Under the pieces are notes generated by a model that worked only from the letters and a program-made list of their open reading frames with translations, ran no database searches and had not been told where the DNA came from. Shown one piece after another: positions 17,876-27,296 of a stretch of 64,000 nt of DNA. The first letter of the stretch is position 1; each line of letters begins with the position of its first letter. The translations under genes were made by a program, and so were the position numbers. This stretch comes from Candidatus Poribacteria bacterium (GTDB taxonomy: Bacteria > Poribacteria > WGA-4E > WGA-3G), in the NCBI GenBank assembly GCA_022821495.1, contig JAJEDN010000078.1, positions 30,612-94,611 of the forward strand, in the 5' to 3' direction.

Positions 17876-19507
17876 TTACGGATGTTGTTCTCCCGCCTTC
17901 GGTTTCGCCTTTGGCGCGTTGGCATCCGCCCCGAAACGGATGTGAAGTGCCGCACCGCCGGCATGTTCTTTTCCGTAGAGTAGGTGCTTAATACCCCAGA
18001 AAAGGACAGTCGTCCCTACCAGCGTGACGATACCCCAGATGGATGTCTGCCAAATCCAGTCATTGAAATTAAAGAGACTGCCGGTCTGTTTCGGTACCAT
18101 CTGTGGACCCAATGCCATCAGTACGGTACAAATAATCGCATTGAGCGTAATCATACCTTCTGTCGTCAGACGATGTGGACTGAAACCGACCAAAGCACGT
18201 TCAAAGTTGAAAATAACCATCCACCAGATAAATACAAAAAAGAGCAGTTGTCCCTTCCCTAACCAGCTCGTTGGAATGAAAGCGAGAGGTTCGCGGAAAT
18301 GTGCTGACAAAAGCCAGACACAGGCGATACCAATGCCGATATAGAAAAGCTCAAACCACCCGATCCATCCCCTTGAGTTTCGGAGCCAACCGACGACGGG
18401 CAACCCAAAAAACCGCTCCGGTAAACCTTCAACCAGATCCACCCACGTCCCCGCTGCCTTCCGATAATTGACATAAGTCAGGAGGATTAGCACAGTGAAC
18501 ACAGCGAATATCTCTGTCCATTGCGGGAAATTTGGACTTGTTTCTAAAAGTGGTGTTTTATTTAAAAGGAGACCGAAAGGGATTGCAATCCCAATACCGA
18601 ATAAAAAACCTTGGGTTTGCTCCATGACACTGTGCCAATTCGTGTGCAAATTTGTTCGGTTCCCGATCCAGATGAAGACAATCTTCAGTAGTTGTCCAAA
18701 TGAAAACGCAACGCCACCGCCGAAGCCTGTCATCAGCGTAGCGAAAGCGACACCACTGAGGTCATAACGCCAGCAGTATACCAAAATGCCAATAACCATA
18801 CCGACACAGCCTGACCAGTTATCGCCACGCGGCGGGGTCATTCGCAACCTACAGACGTTTACCAACAACAGGAATCCAACGAACCAACCGGCACCCATGT
18901 AAAGAACGAGCGAGGTACCTATGTCCAAACCACCTCGGAAGAGCACGACAATCAGAGCTGCGACGATCGCTACCAATGCTGCGACCCAATCTGTATCGTA
19001 CCAATAGAGCGGACTTTCGTGCCGTTGCATCCGTTTCGGTGCCAGCACCCAATCAATGATCGCTGCTTGGAGCGACCAACCGATGAACACAGCAGCGATA
19101 GGCACAAACAATAAAGAGAGTTGCGTATGCGTCAGAAACATAGGGAGCGCAGTGCCCGCACCACCCAAGGCTGCCCATAAGAAACCGATGGCGAATAGAT
19201 TCGCGAATCCATAAAATACGGTCAGCGATTGCGGCGAATGGCTGTACCCGACAACCATCATATAGGACATACTCCCACCGAACGACCAACCAATCGCGCC
19301 AAACAACGCAAAGTAGTGGACATGCCGCCACCAGTCTTCTCGTCCTGAAAGTAGGACGATTGCCATTGCAGCGAGTCCACCTGCGAGTGCTGCACCATAT
19401 TCATGCCCGAAGTTTCCACGTATTCCCCATCCGACACATACAGATAACCCACACAGAAGTACCATTTCCCACGGAATAATTGCCAGATCCATATCTATAG
19501 CCTCCAT
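17876..19507 (-). CDS. Large polytopic integral membrane protein of unknown function (>=12 predicted TM segments, Trp/Gly-rich)
   Basis: Long ORF with alternating hydrophobic stretches. No motif recognised. Confidence 0.6.
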   Translation of the reverse strand: MEAIDMDLAIIPWEMVLLCGLSVCVGWGIRGNFGHEYGAALAGGLAAMAIVLLSGREDWWRHVHYFALFGAIGWSFGGSMSYMMVVGYSHSPQSLTVFYGFANLFAIGFLWAALGGAGTALPMFLTHTQLSLLFVPIAAVFIGWSLQAAIIDWVLAPKRMQRHESPLYWYDTDWVAALVAIVAALIVVLFRGGLDIGTSLVLYMGAGWFVGFLLLVNVCRLRMTPPRGDNWSGCVGMVIGILVYCWRYDLSGVAFATLMTGFGGGVAFSFGQLLKIVFIWIGNRTNLHTNWHSVMEQTQGFLFGIGIAIPFGLLLNKTPLLETSPNFPQWTEIFAVFTVLILLTYVNYRKAAGTWVDLVEGLPERFFGLPVVGWLRNSRGWIGWFELFYIGIGIACVWLLSAHFREPLAFIPTSWLGKGQLLFFVFIWWMVIFNFERALVGFSPHRLTTEGMITLNAIICTVLMALGPQMVPKQTGSLFNFNDWIWQTSIWGIVTLVGTTVLFWGIKHLLYGKEHAGGAALHIRFGADANAPKAKPKAGEQHP

Positions 19508-19588
19508 CTTACCGCTGATTTTGTTGCCCTATTATGTAGGTTTTCGCGTTTATTGTCAAATTCTCCATAACACAAACCGCTACACCGA

Positions 19589-19640
19589 CCTTCCACCCTT
19601 CCCCTCTTCCACCCTTCCACCCTTCCCCTCCTACCCTTCC
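19589..19640. repeat. Octamer-like tandem repeat (CCCTTCCA)n in divergent promoter region
   Basis: ccttccacccttcccctcttccacccttccacccttcccctcctacccttcc. Confidence 0.75.
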
Positions 19641-19671
19641 TGTACGCACGATCTTCCGAGCGCGACGCTTA

Positions 19672-19700
19672 CTGACAACCGATAACTGAAAACTAAAAAT
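19672..19700. repeat. Heptamer repeat (CTGAYAA-like) upstream of the Gfo/Idh/MocA gene
   Basis: ctgacaa ccgataa ctgaaaa ctaaaaa. Confidence 0.65.
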
Positions 19701-19768
19701 TGCATCTATTTCGTGTCCGTGATACGATAATATATATAGAAAGCGTTAGCTATTGGAGGTTAGAATTT

Positions 19769-20893
19769 ATGAGCCGTGTACGAATAGGTGTTATCGGGTG
19801 TGGCGCGATTGCGCAGGTACATCATCTCCCCAATCTTACCGCACTTCATCGAGAATTTGAAGTGCCGATTGTCTGTGATCTTTCTCAGGGTGCTGCACAA
19901 GCCGTCGCAAAGCGTTTCCATGTCCCACAATTCGTAACAGATTATACTGAATTGTTAGCGTCAGATGTGGATGCTGTGCTATTGTGTCACGGTGACCCCA
20001 AAACAGAAGTTGCACTCGCCGCTTTTGAAGCCGAGAAGCACGTCTTTATTGAGAAACCGGTCTGCTTTTCACGCCAAGAAATGGATGCGATGCTCGCAGC
20101 GCAACGTGAGGCTGGCACCGTCGCGCAAGCCGGTTATATGAAGGTGCATGACCCTGCTTTCCAACTCGCCAAACGCGAAGTGGACACAATGGAAAGTTAC
20201 CGATTCGTCCAGATTAACCATCTCCATCCAAATAATAGTCTACACCTCAGCCAATTCGATGTCCAACGGTTCAACGATGTTCCGCCGGACGCGTTTAAGC
20301 CCGCCAGTGCAGCCCGTGAAAAAGCACAGGCAGAAGCCATCGGTGATGTCCTATCACAAGTGAGCCGCGAAAGTGATATCTACGGCAAAGCAGCGCGGGT
20401 GTTCTATCTGCTCGCTGGCAGCATGATTCACGACATCTACACGCTGCGCGTGATGCTCGGTTCGCCGAGTGAGGTGATAAGCGCGGAGGTCTGGTCCGAA
20501 GGACGCGGCGTGACGATTGTGTTCGGCTATCCGAATGGCGCGCGCTGTGTCGCGACTTGGGTAGACTTACCCGATCTGTGGGACTTTAAAGAGACTTTGG
20601 AGATCTACGGTGATAACAAACGGGTACTCGTCTCCTATCCTACCGGCTTTTCACGCGGTATCCTGTCAGAGGTAACGATACACGGGATAGATGCCGATGG
20701 CACGACCTATAGCAAAACCCCTGCTGTCGAATGGGAAAGCGCGTTTGTTCGGGAGTTACGTCATTTCCATGCATGTATCACGGAAGATGAAACGTGCTAC
20801 ACGTCACTCGCATCTGCCAGAGATGATATTGCCCTGATTATTGATATAGTGCGGTGTTATGTGCAACGGGAAACGGTTATATGTGAAAAGTGA
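19769..20893 (+). CDS. Gfo/Idh/MocA family NAD(P)-dependent oxidoreductase
   Basis: ATG at 19769 after ggagg RBS. Rossmann motif RIGVIGCGAIAQ. EKP motif FIEKPV. Confidence 0.8.
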   Translation: MSRVRIGVIGCGAIAQVHHLPNLTALHREFEVPIVCDLSQGAAQAVAKRFHVPQFVTDYTELLASDVDAVLLCHGDPKTEVALAAFEAEKHVFIEKPVCFSRQEMDAMLAAQREAGTVAQAGYMKVHDPAFQLAKREVDTMESYRFVQINHLHPNNSLHLSQFDVQRFNDVPPDAFKPASAAREKAQAEAIGDVLSQVSRESDIYGKAARVFYLLAGSMIHDIYTLRVMLGSPSEVISAEVWSEGRGVTIVFGYPNGARCVATWVDLPDLWDFKETLEIYGDNKRVLVSYPTGFSRGILSEVTIHGIDADGTTYSKTPAVEWESAFVRELRHFHACITEDETCYTSLASARDDIALIIDIVRCYVQRETVICEK

Positions 20894-20897
20894 GAAG

Positions 20898-20956
20898 TCT
20901 GGGCAGGCATGTAGACCTGCCCAGATGAATTGAAATAAGACAGGCACTGGGGCCTG
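20898..20956. terminator. Bidirectional terminator region between convergent genes
   Basis: tctgggcaggcatgtagacctgcccaga has a 10-bp perfect stem at 20898-20926. caggcactggggcctg at 20941-20956 is followed on the minus strand by ttatttcaatt. Confidence 0.55.
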
Positions 20957-20977
20957 CCTTTACAGTCGGATTCGGAA

Positions 20978-23227
20978 TTATTCCTCTTCCGCGGGTTCTT
21001 CAGGTTCTGCGGGTTCTACCGGTTCCACGGGTTCCCCAATATCTTCTGGCAGCATACCATCAACCATATCTTCTGGCAGCATACCATCAGCCATTTCTGG
21101 CGGTGTGAACAAAAGAACGGCATCTTTGAGACCTACCACAATAAACCCGTCAATGTTAATTGTGATTTCGACAGTCGGTGGGGGTCCGAAATCCGGTGGG
21201 AATGGTAATTCATCTAATGGTGGAAAACCTTCAGGAAGTAGTAAATCTGGTGGCATCTCGCCATCTTCAGGCATTTCACCGTCTTCAGGCATCTCACCAT
21301 CTTCGGGCATTTCGCCGTCTTCAGGTGCTTCATCGCCTTCAGGTATCTCACCGTCTTCAGGCATTTCGCCGTCTTCAGGTGCTTCATCGCCTTCAGGCAT
21401 CTCACCGTCTTCAGGCATCTCACCGTCTTCAGGTAGTGGGAAGCCTTCTGGTGGTAGAAGTGCGTCTGGAGGGAGGAATGCATCTGGCGGTAATGCATCT
21501 GGCGGAAATGCGCCTGGCGGAGGTCCTAACGACTCAAGCGTTATTGTAATCAAACTTGGGTCAATCTGCTCATCTTCCATCTTTTTGATGAGTTCGTCCA
21601 GATTCTCAGGCAACGGTTTTGGCTCTTCGTTGGGGCCACCAAAAAAGAAAACGTCCCCAAAGAATGGATCAGGAGGACCGAATGGGTTCTCAGAAGCAAC
21701 GCTGAGAAGCGCAGGACCAACAGGGAAATCCTCAGGGACCTCAAGCGTAACGTCTCTCTGAATCGTCCGCTCGTCTCCAGCTGCGCTCCAGTGTGGAAGT
21801 AACACGACTGAAACCGTGATATCTTCACCCGGCGTGATTCCCTCTTCAGGGACAATAACCTCATGCAGCTCCGCTAACATAATTTGCGGTTTGTCCTGGA
21901 TGGAAATTGACACATCTGATAGTGTGGCTTGCCCGGCACTGTTTGAGAGTATGTCCGCAAAAGAGTGCACAATCCGATCGACGTTTAGCAGCACATCGAA
22001 AAACGGATCTGGAGACGCGCTCTGAAATGATTCTGTATAAACAGTTTCAGTTTCTTTGAATTGGAGCGTGATAGTCCCGTCTACTGTTGCTGAACTTATT
22101 TCTTGTCGGATTGAATCTATCGTAACAGCTGCAACGATCGGCAAGAACGATTCCAGACCGTAGGCTACTTTGTGATTCTTTTCCACTACAGGACCATTAC
22201 CTGCTTGATAAGCGACTTTCACCGGAATCATTGACGGTACTTCACCAAGCACTCCCACAACTGCGGGTCTGAGATCCTTGGTGATTGTCCCAATTGGATT
22301 CCCGTAGGCTGATGAAGATTTATAAGGTATCTGTAAGTTGGCAACAATACCATTGGTAACGGCTCTATAGACCGGTAATGCCGATTTGCCAGCACCAACC
22401 ATCGGATGTCCAAACGCTACAAATGTGCCATCATCGTAGACCTGTGTCACCGTTCCGAAACCGATAGAATTGACGACATCGCCTGTTGATACAGCGACAC
22501 CAATCATATCCCCAGCGGAAAGTCTGGTTGTTGTCGTTGGGGGTGCTGCCGGTGCATCACCAATGTCGGCAAACAATTGGACAAAGTCGAAGTGAGAATC
22601 TGCCAAATGTGATGAGAGTTGTTCAAGCCTATGCGGTTGTATACCCGAAATCGTTAGCGGGGTTTTTACCGGCGTATATGCCGCTTGGATACCACCCGGG
22701 GCTGCGGCGGCACGTTCTGCTTCAAGCATCTCCCCAAATGTTTGGTGGTGAATTGCGTTTTCCATCGCATCAATCGATGTTGCCCAGAACCGACTCGGTG
22801 CTCTCGCAAAGGCGTCGCCATAAGCGAGCGCGCCCATAATACGTCCCGGAGGACCGACTGGACTGCCCGACATACCTTGTGCGATGCCACCCATCGCCTC
22901 AGCCATTTCATCCGTGAGTTCAAATTCGTAGAGCGGAAACCCAAATCCGAAGTCTCGAACGCCACGGAATTGAGCCTCAAGTATAACTCTGTTTGTGCCT
23001 TCAAGCACAGTAACGAGTTGAACGGGTGTCTTATCCACCAGTTGTCGCGCTTCGTCCTCATACATGTTTTCGAGAACTACATCGCCTAAGAGCGGCGCGC
23101 CACTAAATGCGGATGCTTCGTCTATTGCCGTAGGGTTCTCAAGTTGGGTCTGCTCTTCATCAGAAGAACACCCCCATTGACTGAGAACCACAACAGCGAT
23201 ACCTATTAGCACAAAAAATTTTTTCAT
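20978..23227 (-). CDS. Secreted lipoprotein, SpoIVB/peptidase-S55-like domain with acidic Pro/Glu/Asp-rich C-terminal tandem repeats
   Basis: GGAGG RBS. Signal peptide with lipobox LSQWGCSS. FGTVTQVYDDGTFVAFGHPMVG resembles the SpoIVB GT(L/V)T..DP..G.F.ALGH motif. C-terminus is (PEDGEM)n. Confidence 0.6.
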   Translation of the reverse strand: MKKFFVLIGIAVVVLSQWGCSSDEEQTQLENPTAIDEASAFSGAPLLGDVVLENMYEDEARQLVDKTPVQLVTVLEGTNRVILEAQFRGVRDFGFGFPLYEFELTDEMAEAMGGIAQGMSGSPVGPPGRIMGALAYGDAFARAPSRFWATSIDAMENAIHHQTFGEMLEAERAAAAPGGIQAAYTPVKTPLTISGIQPHRLEQLSSHLADSHFDFVQLFADIGDAPAAPPTTTTRLSAGDMIGVAVSTGDVVNSIGFGTVTQVYDDGTFVAFGHPMVGAGKSALPVYRAVTNGIVANLQIPYKSSSAYGNPIGTITKDLRPAVVGVLGEVPSMIPVKVAYQAGNGPVVEKNHKVAYGLESFLPIVAAVTIDSIRQEISSATVDGTITLQFKETETVYTESFQSASPDPFFDVLLNVDRIVHSFADILSNSAGQATLSDVSISIQDKPQIMLAELHEVIVPEEGITPGEDITVSVVLLPHWSAAGDERTIQRDVTLEVPEDFPVGPALLSVASENPFGPPDPFFGDVFFFGGPNEEPKPLPENLDELIKKMEDEQIDPSLITITLESLGPPPGAFPPDALPPDAFLPPDALLPPEGFPLPEDGEMPEDGEMPEGDEAPEDGEMPEDGEIPEGDEAPEDGEMPEDGEMPEDGEMPEDGEMPPDLLLPEGFPPLDELPFPPDFGPPPTVEITINIDGFIVVGLKDAVLLFTPPEMADGMLPEDMVDGMLPEDIGEPVEPVEPAEPEEPAEEE
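21252..21433. repeat. 18-bp tandem repeat (GGCATCTCACCGTCTTCA, ~10 units) encoding the PEDGEM hexapeptide on the minus strand
   Basis: Near-perfect head-to-tail copies with A/G and C/T third-position variants. Confidence 0.85.
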
Positions 23228-23628
23228 TTATTCCTCCAGAATAGAGTCGCCTCTATCTGTTTCGGTTGGTTTATCGTGAATTCTAAAATAATTTACAATA
23301 AACTGTTAGTTTGGACTGTGGGAGGGGTTTGTAACCCCGATTGAACACTTTCAGAAAAGTTGTACATGCAATATTGACTTTCTGATATTAGATTAGTATG
23401 CTCTAACGCAGCTTCTCTTTGAAAAAAGTTGAGATTGCTTATTGCGATCAAGATGTGTCACCTTGTCGTCAAAAGTGTGCGCTTCATTTTCGAGACACTT
23501 GTGGTAACGCTCTGTAAAAGCAGAAAGATTACACAAAACCATAGAACATCGTACGATATAAGTTTTGCACAAAAGCGGCGCGGTCAGAAACCCGCGCCTA
23601 CAGTTCAGGGTGAGAAAGGTTCAGTCAG

Positions 23629-24393
23629 TTACCACGCAACCCAGCCACCATCAACTGCAATCGTTTGCCCTGTCACCCAGTTCGCGGCATCTGATGCTAA
23701 AAACAGCACCGCGCCGACGACTTCGTCCACTTCACCGACACGTCCCATCGGAATACGGCGGACAACATCTTCATAAAACTCTTTACGTTGCAAGAGGACA
23801 TCTGCAAGAGGGGTCCGGGTAAACGCAGGCGCCACAGCATTTACCGTAACGTTATGGGGTGCCCATTCAACAGCGAGTCCTTTGGTTAACAACACAACGC
23901 CTCCCTTGCTCCCGGAATAGGCTGTACGTAGCGGACCACCGACCAACCCCATCGTCGAAGAGATGTTGATAATCTTACCACTTTCTCTTTCGATCATCGG
24001 TTTCACAAGCGTCTGTGTTAAAAAGAACAGACCTTTGAGATTAAGATCATAGATCGCGTCCCAATCCTCTTCGGTTAACTCAAGTGCAGGTTTCGGACGG
24101 TTCGTACCTGCATTATTAACGAGTACATCCACCCTACCCCAGATATCAATCGCTTCTTGCGCGCCTTTGGCAACCGCTGCCATATCGCTAACGTCAAATA
24201 CAACCGATGCCGCTTCACCGCCATTGTCGCGAATCTCGTTTGCGACTTCCTCAAGGTCAGACGGTGTACGGCTATTCAAAATAACCTTGGCACCCATCTG
24301 CGATGCGGCGAGAGCTATGCCTCTACCGATACCTTTGCCGGAACCCGTAATTAACATGACTTTGTCATTCAACTCAAATCCTGGAAATGCCAT
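23629..24393 (-). CDS. SDR family oxidoreductase (FabG-like)
   Basis: GGAGG RBS. TGSGKGIGRGIA glycine motif, NNAG, catalytic YSGSKGGV. Confidence 0.85.
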   Translation of the reverse strand: MAFPGFELNDKVMLITGSGKGIGRGIALAASQMGAKVILNSRTPSDLEEVANEIRDNGGEAASVVFDVSDMAAVAKGAQEAIDIWGRVDVLVNNAGTNRPKPALELTEEDWDAIYDLNLKGLFFLTQTLVKPMIERESGKIINISSTMGLVGGPLRTAYSGSKGGVVLLTKGLAVEWAPHNVTVNAVAPAFTRTPLADVLLQRKEFYEDVVRRIPMGRVGEVDEVVGAVLFLASDAANWVTGQTIAVDGGWVAW

Positions 24394-24396
24394 ACT

Positions 24397-25230
24397 TTAG
24401 CCTCCAATCGCTAATTTCAAGGTATTTTCTAACAACATTGCGCGCGTCATAGGACCTACGCCACCCGGAACCGGCGTGATAAACCCCGCTACCTCTTTAA
24501 CTTCCTCAAATTTTACATCTCCCACGGCACGTCCATCTATGTGATTAATGCCGACATCAATGACTGTTGCCCCAGGTTTCACCATATCCGCAGTGATAAA
24601 CTCAGATCTGCCGATTGCGACGACAAGAATATCGGCTTTTCGGGCTTCTGCTTTCAGATCAGCAGTGCGGGAATGGCAATAGGTTACGGTGGCATTCCGG
24701 TTTAAGAGCATCAATCCAACCGGTTTACCGACAAGCGGACTCCTACCAATACAAACCGCATGTTTCCCCGCTATTGTTTCTTCTGTCAGTTCAATAAGGC
24801 GGATTATGCCTGTCGGTGTACAAGGTGTCACACCTTCTCGGTTGATCAGAAGATTTCCTAAATTAACAGGATTTAACCCGTCTGCATCTTTATGCGGAGC
24901 GATCGTATCAATAACCGCCTCTTTATCTATATGATCCGGCAACGGCATTTGAACCAACATCCCGTGGATATCTGATCGGGTGTTCAGGGTTTCAATCTGC
25001 TGGATAAGAGATGCTTGGCTGATGTCTGCAGGTAGGCGATGGACTTCGGAATGAAAATGTACCTTCTCACAATCACGTTGTTTATGTTTGATGTAGAGCG
25101 TCGATGCAGGGTCTTCGCCGACTTGAACAACTGCGAGGCCAGGGGTGAACGTAAGTTTCTTTAACTTTCGCCGGATCTGGCTCCGGACACGCTGCGCAAG
25201 GCGGCTACCATTAAGGAGTTCGGCTGACAA
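24397..25230 (-). CDS. folD: Bifunctional methylenetetrahydrofolate dehydrogenase / cyclohydrolase FolD
   Basis: TTG start with ggaggaaaagg RBS. GRSPLVGKPVGLML and cyclohydrolase region. 3 nt gap to the downstream SDR gene. Confidence 0.85.
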   Translation of the reverse strand: MSAELLNGSRLAQRVRSQIRRKLKKLTFTPGLAVVQVGEDPASTLYIKHKQRDCEKVHFHSEVHRLPADISQASLIQQIETLNTRSDIHGMLVQMPLPDHIDKEAVIDTIAPHKDADGLNPVNLGNLLINREGVTPCTPTGIIRLIELTEETIAGKHAVCIGRSPLVGKPVGLMLLNRNATVTYCHSRTADLKAEARKADILVVAIGRSEFITADMVKPGATVIDVGINHIDGRAVGDVKFEEVKEVAGFITPVPGGVGPMTRAMLLENTLKLAIGG

Positions 25231-25649
25231 ATTCCTTTTCCTCCAGATTACGCTTCTTTTAACTTAAATAGATTCAGCATAGTACAATATGCCACGTGAT
25301 GATTAGTATACCATACATTCCTGATTTCACGCACTATTTTTTCAATTTTGCGTGAGTCGGTCGCTTGGATGCTAATATAACTTAAATTCGAGTGAGGTTC
25401 CAGCGCGCAAACGTTGGCAGCTTGGAGACCATTAAAATCGGATGAAATTACTTTTCTCGGCAAATTTTGTGCCGATTTATCTAATAAGGTGCTGCTAAGA
25501 CAGAACAATATCAGATAAATCATATAAATTCAATAAATTATTAATAAATCCAACGTTTTTAATGTATTAATTATGACTATATTAACATAATTCCAAAATA
25601 AATTCCAATATATAGTGAATCGGGAAAATAAAGAGACACTTTCATCTCC

Positions 25650-26035
25650 CGATAGGTTCGGTTTTGCGGTGTACACACCCCAGGGAATGTCATACGGAAA
25701 CCTTTATACCGTTGATTCATACAATCTGTATTCCCAACCAAACCAGATACGACGTGGAAACCTTGAAGACTTCAAAAACCTCCTGAATCCGGTAGGGTTT
25801 ATTTTCTTGGGTGTTTCTTCAGTATCTCTGTAGAGTTCAACCTCCTGAATCCCGTAGGGATGGTATCTCTGTAGAAAAACGCGCCGTCACCGACCTAAGC
25901 CCCGTAGGGGCGATATCTATAGAGGTCTACAGCGAAAAATTAACAGAACGGGACTGAAGACGGGACCTCCACCTTATAGTGTGATGTTTTTCAAACCTCT
26001 CTTGAATCCCGTAGGGATGGTATCTCTGTAAAGAA
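25650..26035. repeat. Composite R3/R4 repeat cluster
   Basis: taggttcggtttt at 25653. R3 copy at 25677-25722. ggaaaccttgaaga at 25757. Copies of CCTCCTGAATCCCGTAGGGATGGTATCTCTGTAGA at 25777, 25841 and 25995, plus the variant AAGCCCCGTAGGGGCGATATCTATAGAGG at 25897. Confidence 0.75.
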
Positions 26036-26057
26036 ACTTGGGTTAAAATATAAGAGG

Positions 26058-26086
26058 TTGACGTTTTCTGATAGATGCGGTATCAT
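26058..26086 (+). promoter_or_regulatory. Putative sigma70 promoter (TTGACG, 17 nt spacer, TATCAT) for the FIST gene
   Basis: ttgacgttttctgatagatgcggtatcat, 27 nt upstream of the ATG at 26113. Confidence 0.45.
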
Positions 26087-26112
26087 AAAAAATAAAAAGG
26101 CGGGAAGAAGAA

Positions 26113-27285
26113 ATGATTCGTGTAGGTGTAGGACATTCACAGGACCTTTCTACCGCTGATGCAGCGGAACGGGCGACACTCACGGCAATGGGAAACGCCG
26201 GAATTGCCAAAGCGGACCTCGCCATCGTATTTGCAACCATTAACTATCAAATGGAATATGAGCAGTTATACCAAGCAGTTCAAGCCAATTCCAGTTGTGA
26301 CGCGCTTATCGGGTGTAGTGGAATGACCATCTTGACCTCAGGCGGTGAGTTTGAAGAAGAACCTGCGATTGCCGTGATGGTGCTCCGAAGTGAACAACTT
26401 TCTGCCGTCCCTTTTAGCACACAAGGCACGGAAGTCGAGATTAGTGAACAGATACAGGACAGCATTCAATCCGCATTGCGAGATGACTCACTCCTCATAA
26501 TTTTCCCTGATATTCGGACTGTGAATCCGGCTGAACTTGTGAAACAGATTGGTGGTGATGGTACGACCCTGCCTATTGTGGGAGCTGCTGTCTCTGGGGA
26601 TGCGACTGGCGCGCAAATGTACCACTGGAAAGACGCTCAGGCGACAGAGGGCGGTGCTGCAGGTGTACTCTTGAGTGGAAACTTCAACACGGAGATCGGT
26701 GTCGCACAAGGGTGCCAACCTATTGGTAAGCCGCGTGAGGTCACAAAAGCGGATGGCCAGATTATTTTTGAATTAGATGGTGAGCCTGCATTGGAGAACT
26801 TTAAAGGGACATTGCAATTGCTAACGCAAGATGATATTCGACGGTCAGGTGGCACGGTCTTCGTCGGAATTGCGATGGACGATACGAATAAAAATCCGAC
26901 CCGCGGTGATTTCCTCATTCGCAATCTCGTCGGAATTAATGAGGAACACGCTGCGCTGGCTATATCCGAAGAGGTGGAAGTGGGACAGTTGGTGCAGTTT
27001 CATCTACGGAACCCTGCTGCAGCCGCTGCGGAAATTCAGGCGATTGTAGCACAGTTGGCTGAAAAAACACGGGAACAAGTGCCCGCATTCGGGCTCTATT
27101 TCAACTGCTTGGGGCGTGGTAAGGGACTCTACGGTGTGACAAATCACGATATCAACATCATTCAAGAACAGTTTCCAGGTTTACCTGTAATTGGGTTCTT
27201 TGGGAATTCGGAGTTCGCACCGATTGGGGGGCGGAACTTCGCACATGCTTATACCGGGGTGTTTGTACTTTGCACCGAGAACTAA
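26113..27285 (+). CDS. FIST (N + C) domain-containing sensor-like protein
   Basis: N-terminal DLAIVFATINY / GCSGMTIL pattern. C-terminal FGLYFNCLGRGKGLYG...PVIGFFGNSEFAPIGGRNFAHAYTGVFVLC is typical of FIST_C. Confidence 0.7.
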   Translation: MIRVGVGHSQDLSTADAAERATLTAMGNAGIAKADLAIVFATINYQMEYEQLYQAVQANSSCDALIGCSGMTILTSGGEFEEEPAIAVMVLRSEQLSAVPFSTQGTEVEISEQIQDSIQSALRDDSLLIIFPDIRTVNPAELVKQIGGDGTTLPIVGAAVSGDATGAQMYHWKDAQATEGGAAGVLLSGNFNTEIGVAQGCQPIGKPREVTKADGQIIFELDGEPALENFKGTLQLLTQDDIRRSGGTVFVGIAMDDTNKNPTRGDFLIRNLVGINEEHAALAISEEVEVGQLVQFHLRNPAAAAAEIQAIVAQLAEKTREQVPAFGLYFNCLGRGKGLYGVTNHDINIIQEQFPGLPVIGFFGNSEFAPIGGRNFAHAYTGVFVLCTEN

Positions 27286-27296
27286 AGGAGTAAAAA

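Noticed and set aside
21105-21761. Plus-strand ORFs 21105..21761, 21178..21549 and minus 21214..21498 (Ser/Gly-rich or His/Leu-rich)
   Set aside because: Alternative-frame translations of the 18-bp VNTR inside the S55-like gene. They are artefacts of low-complexity DNA.
25615-25833. 72-aa ORF over the R3/R4 repeat cluster
   Set aside because: Lies across dispersed repeat units with no RBS. The reading frame is a by-product of repeats.
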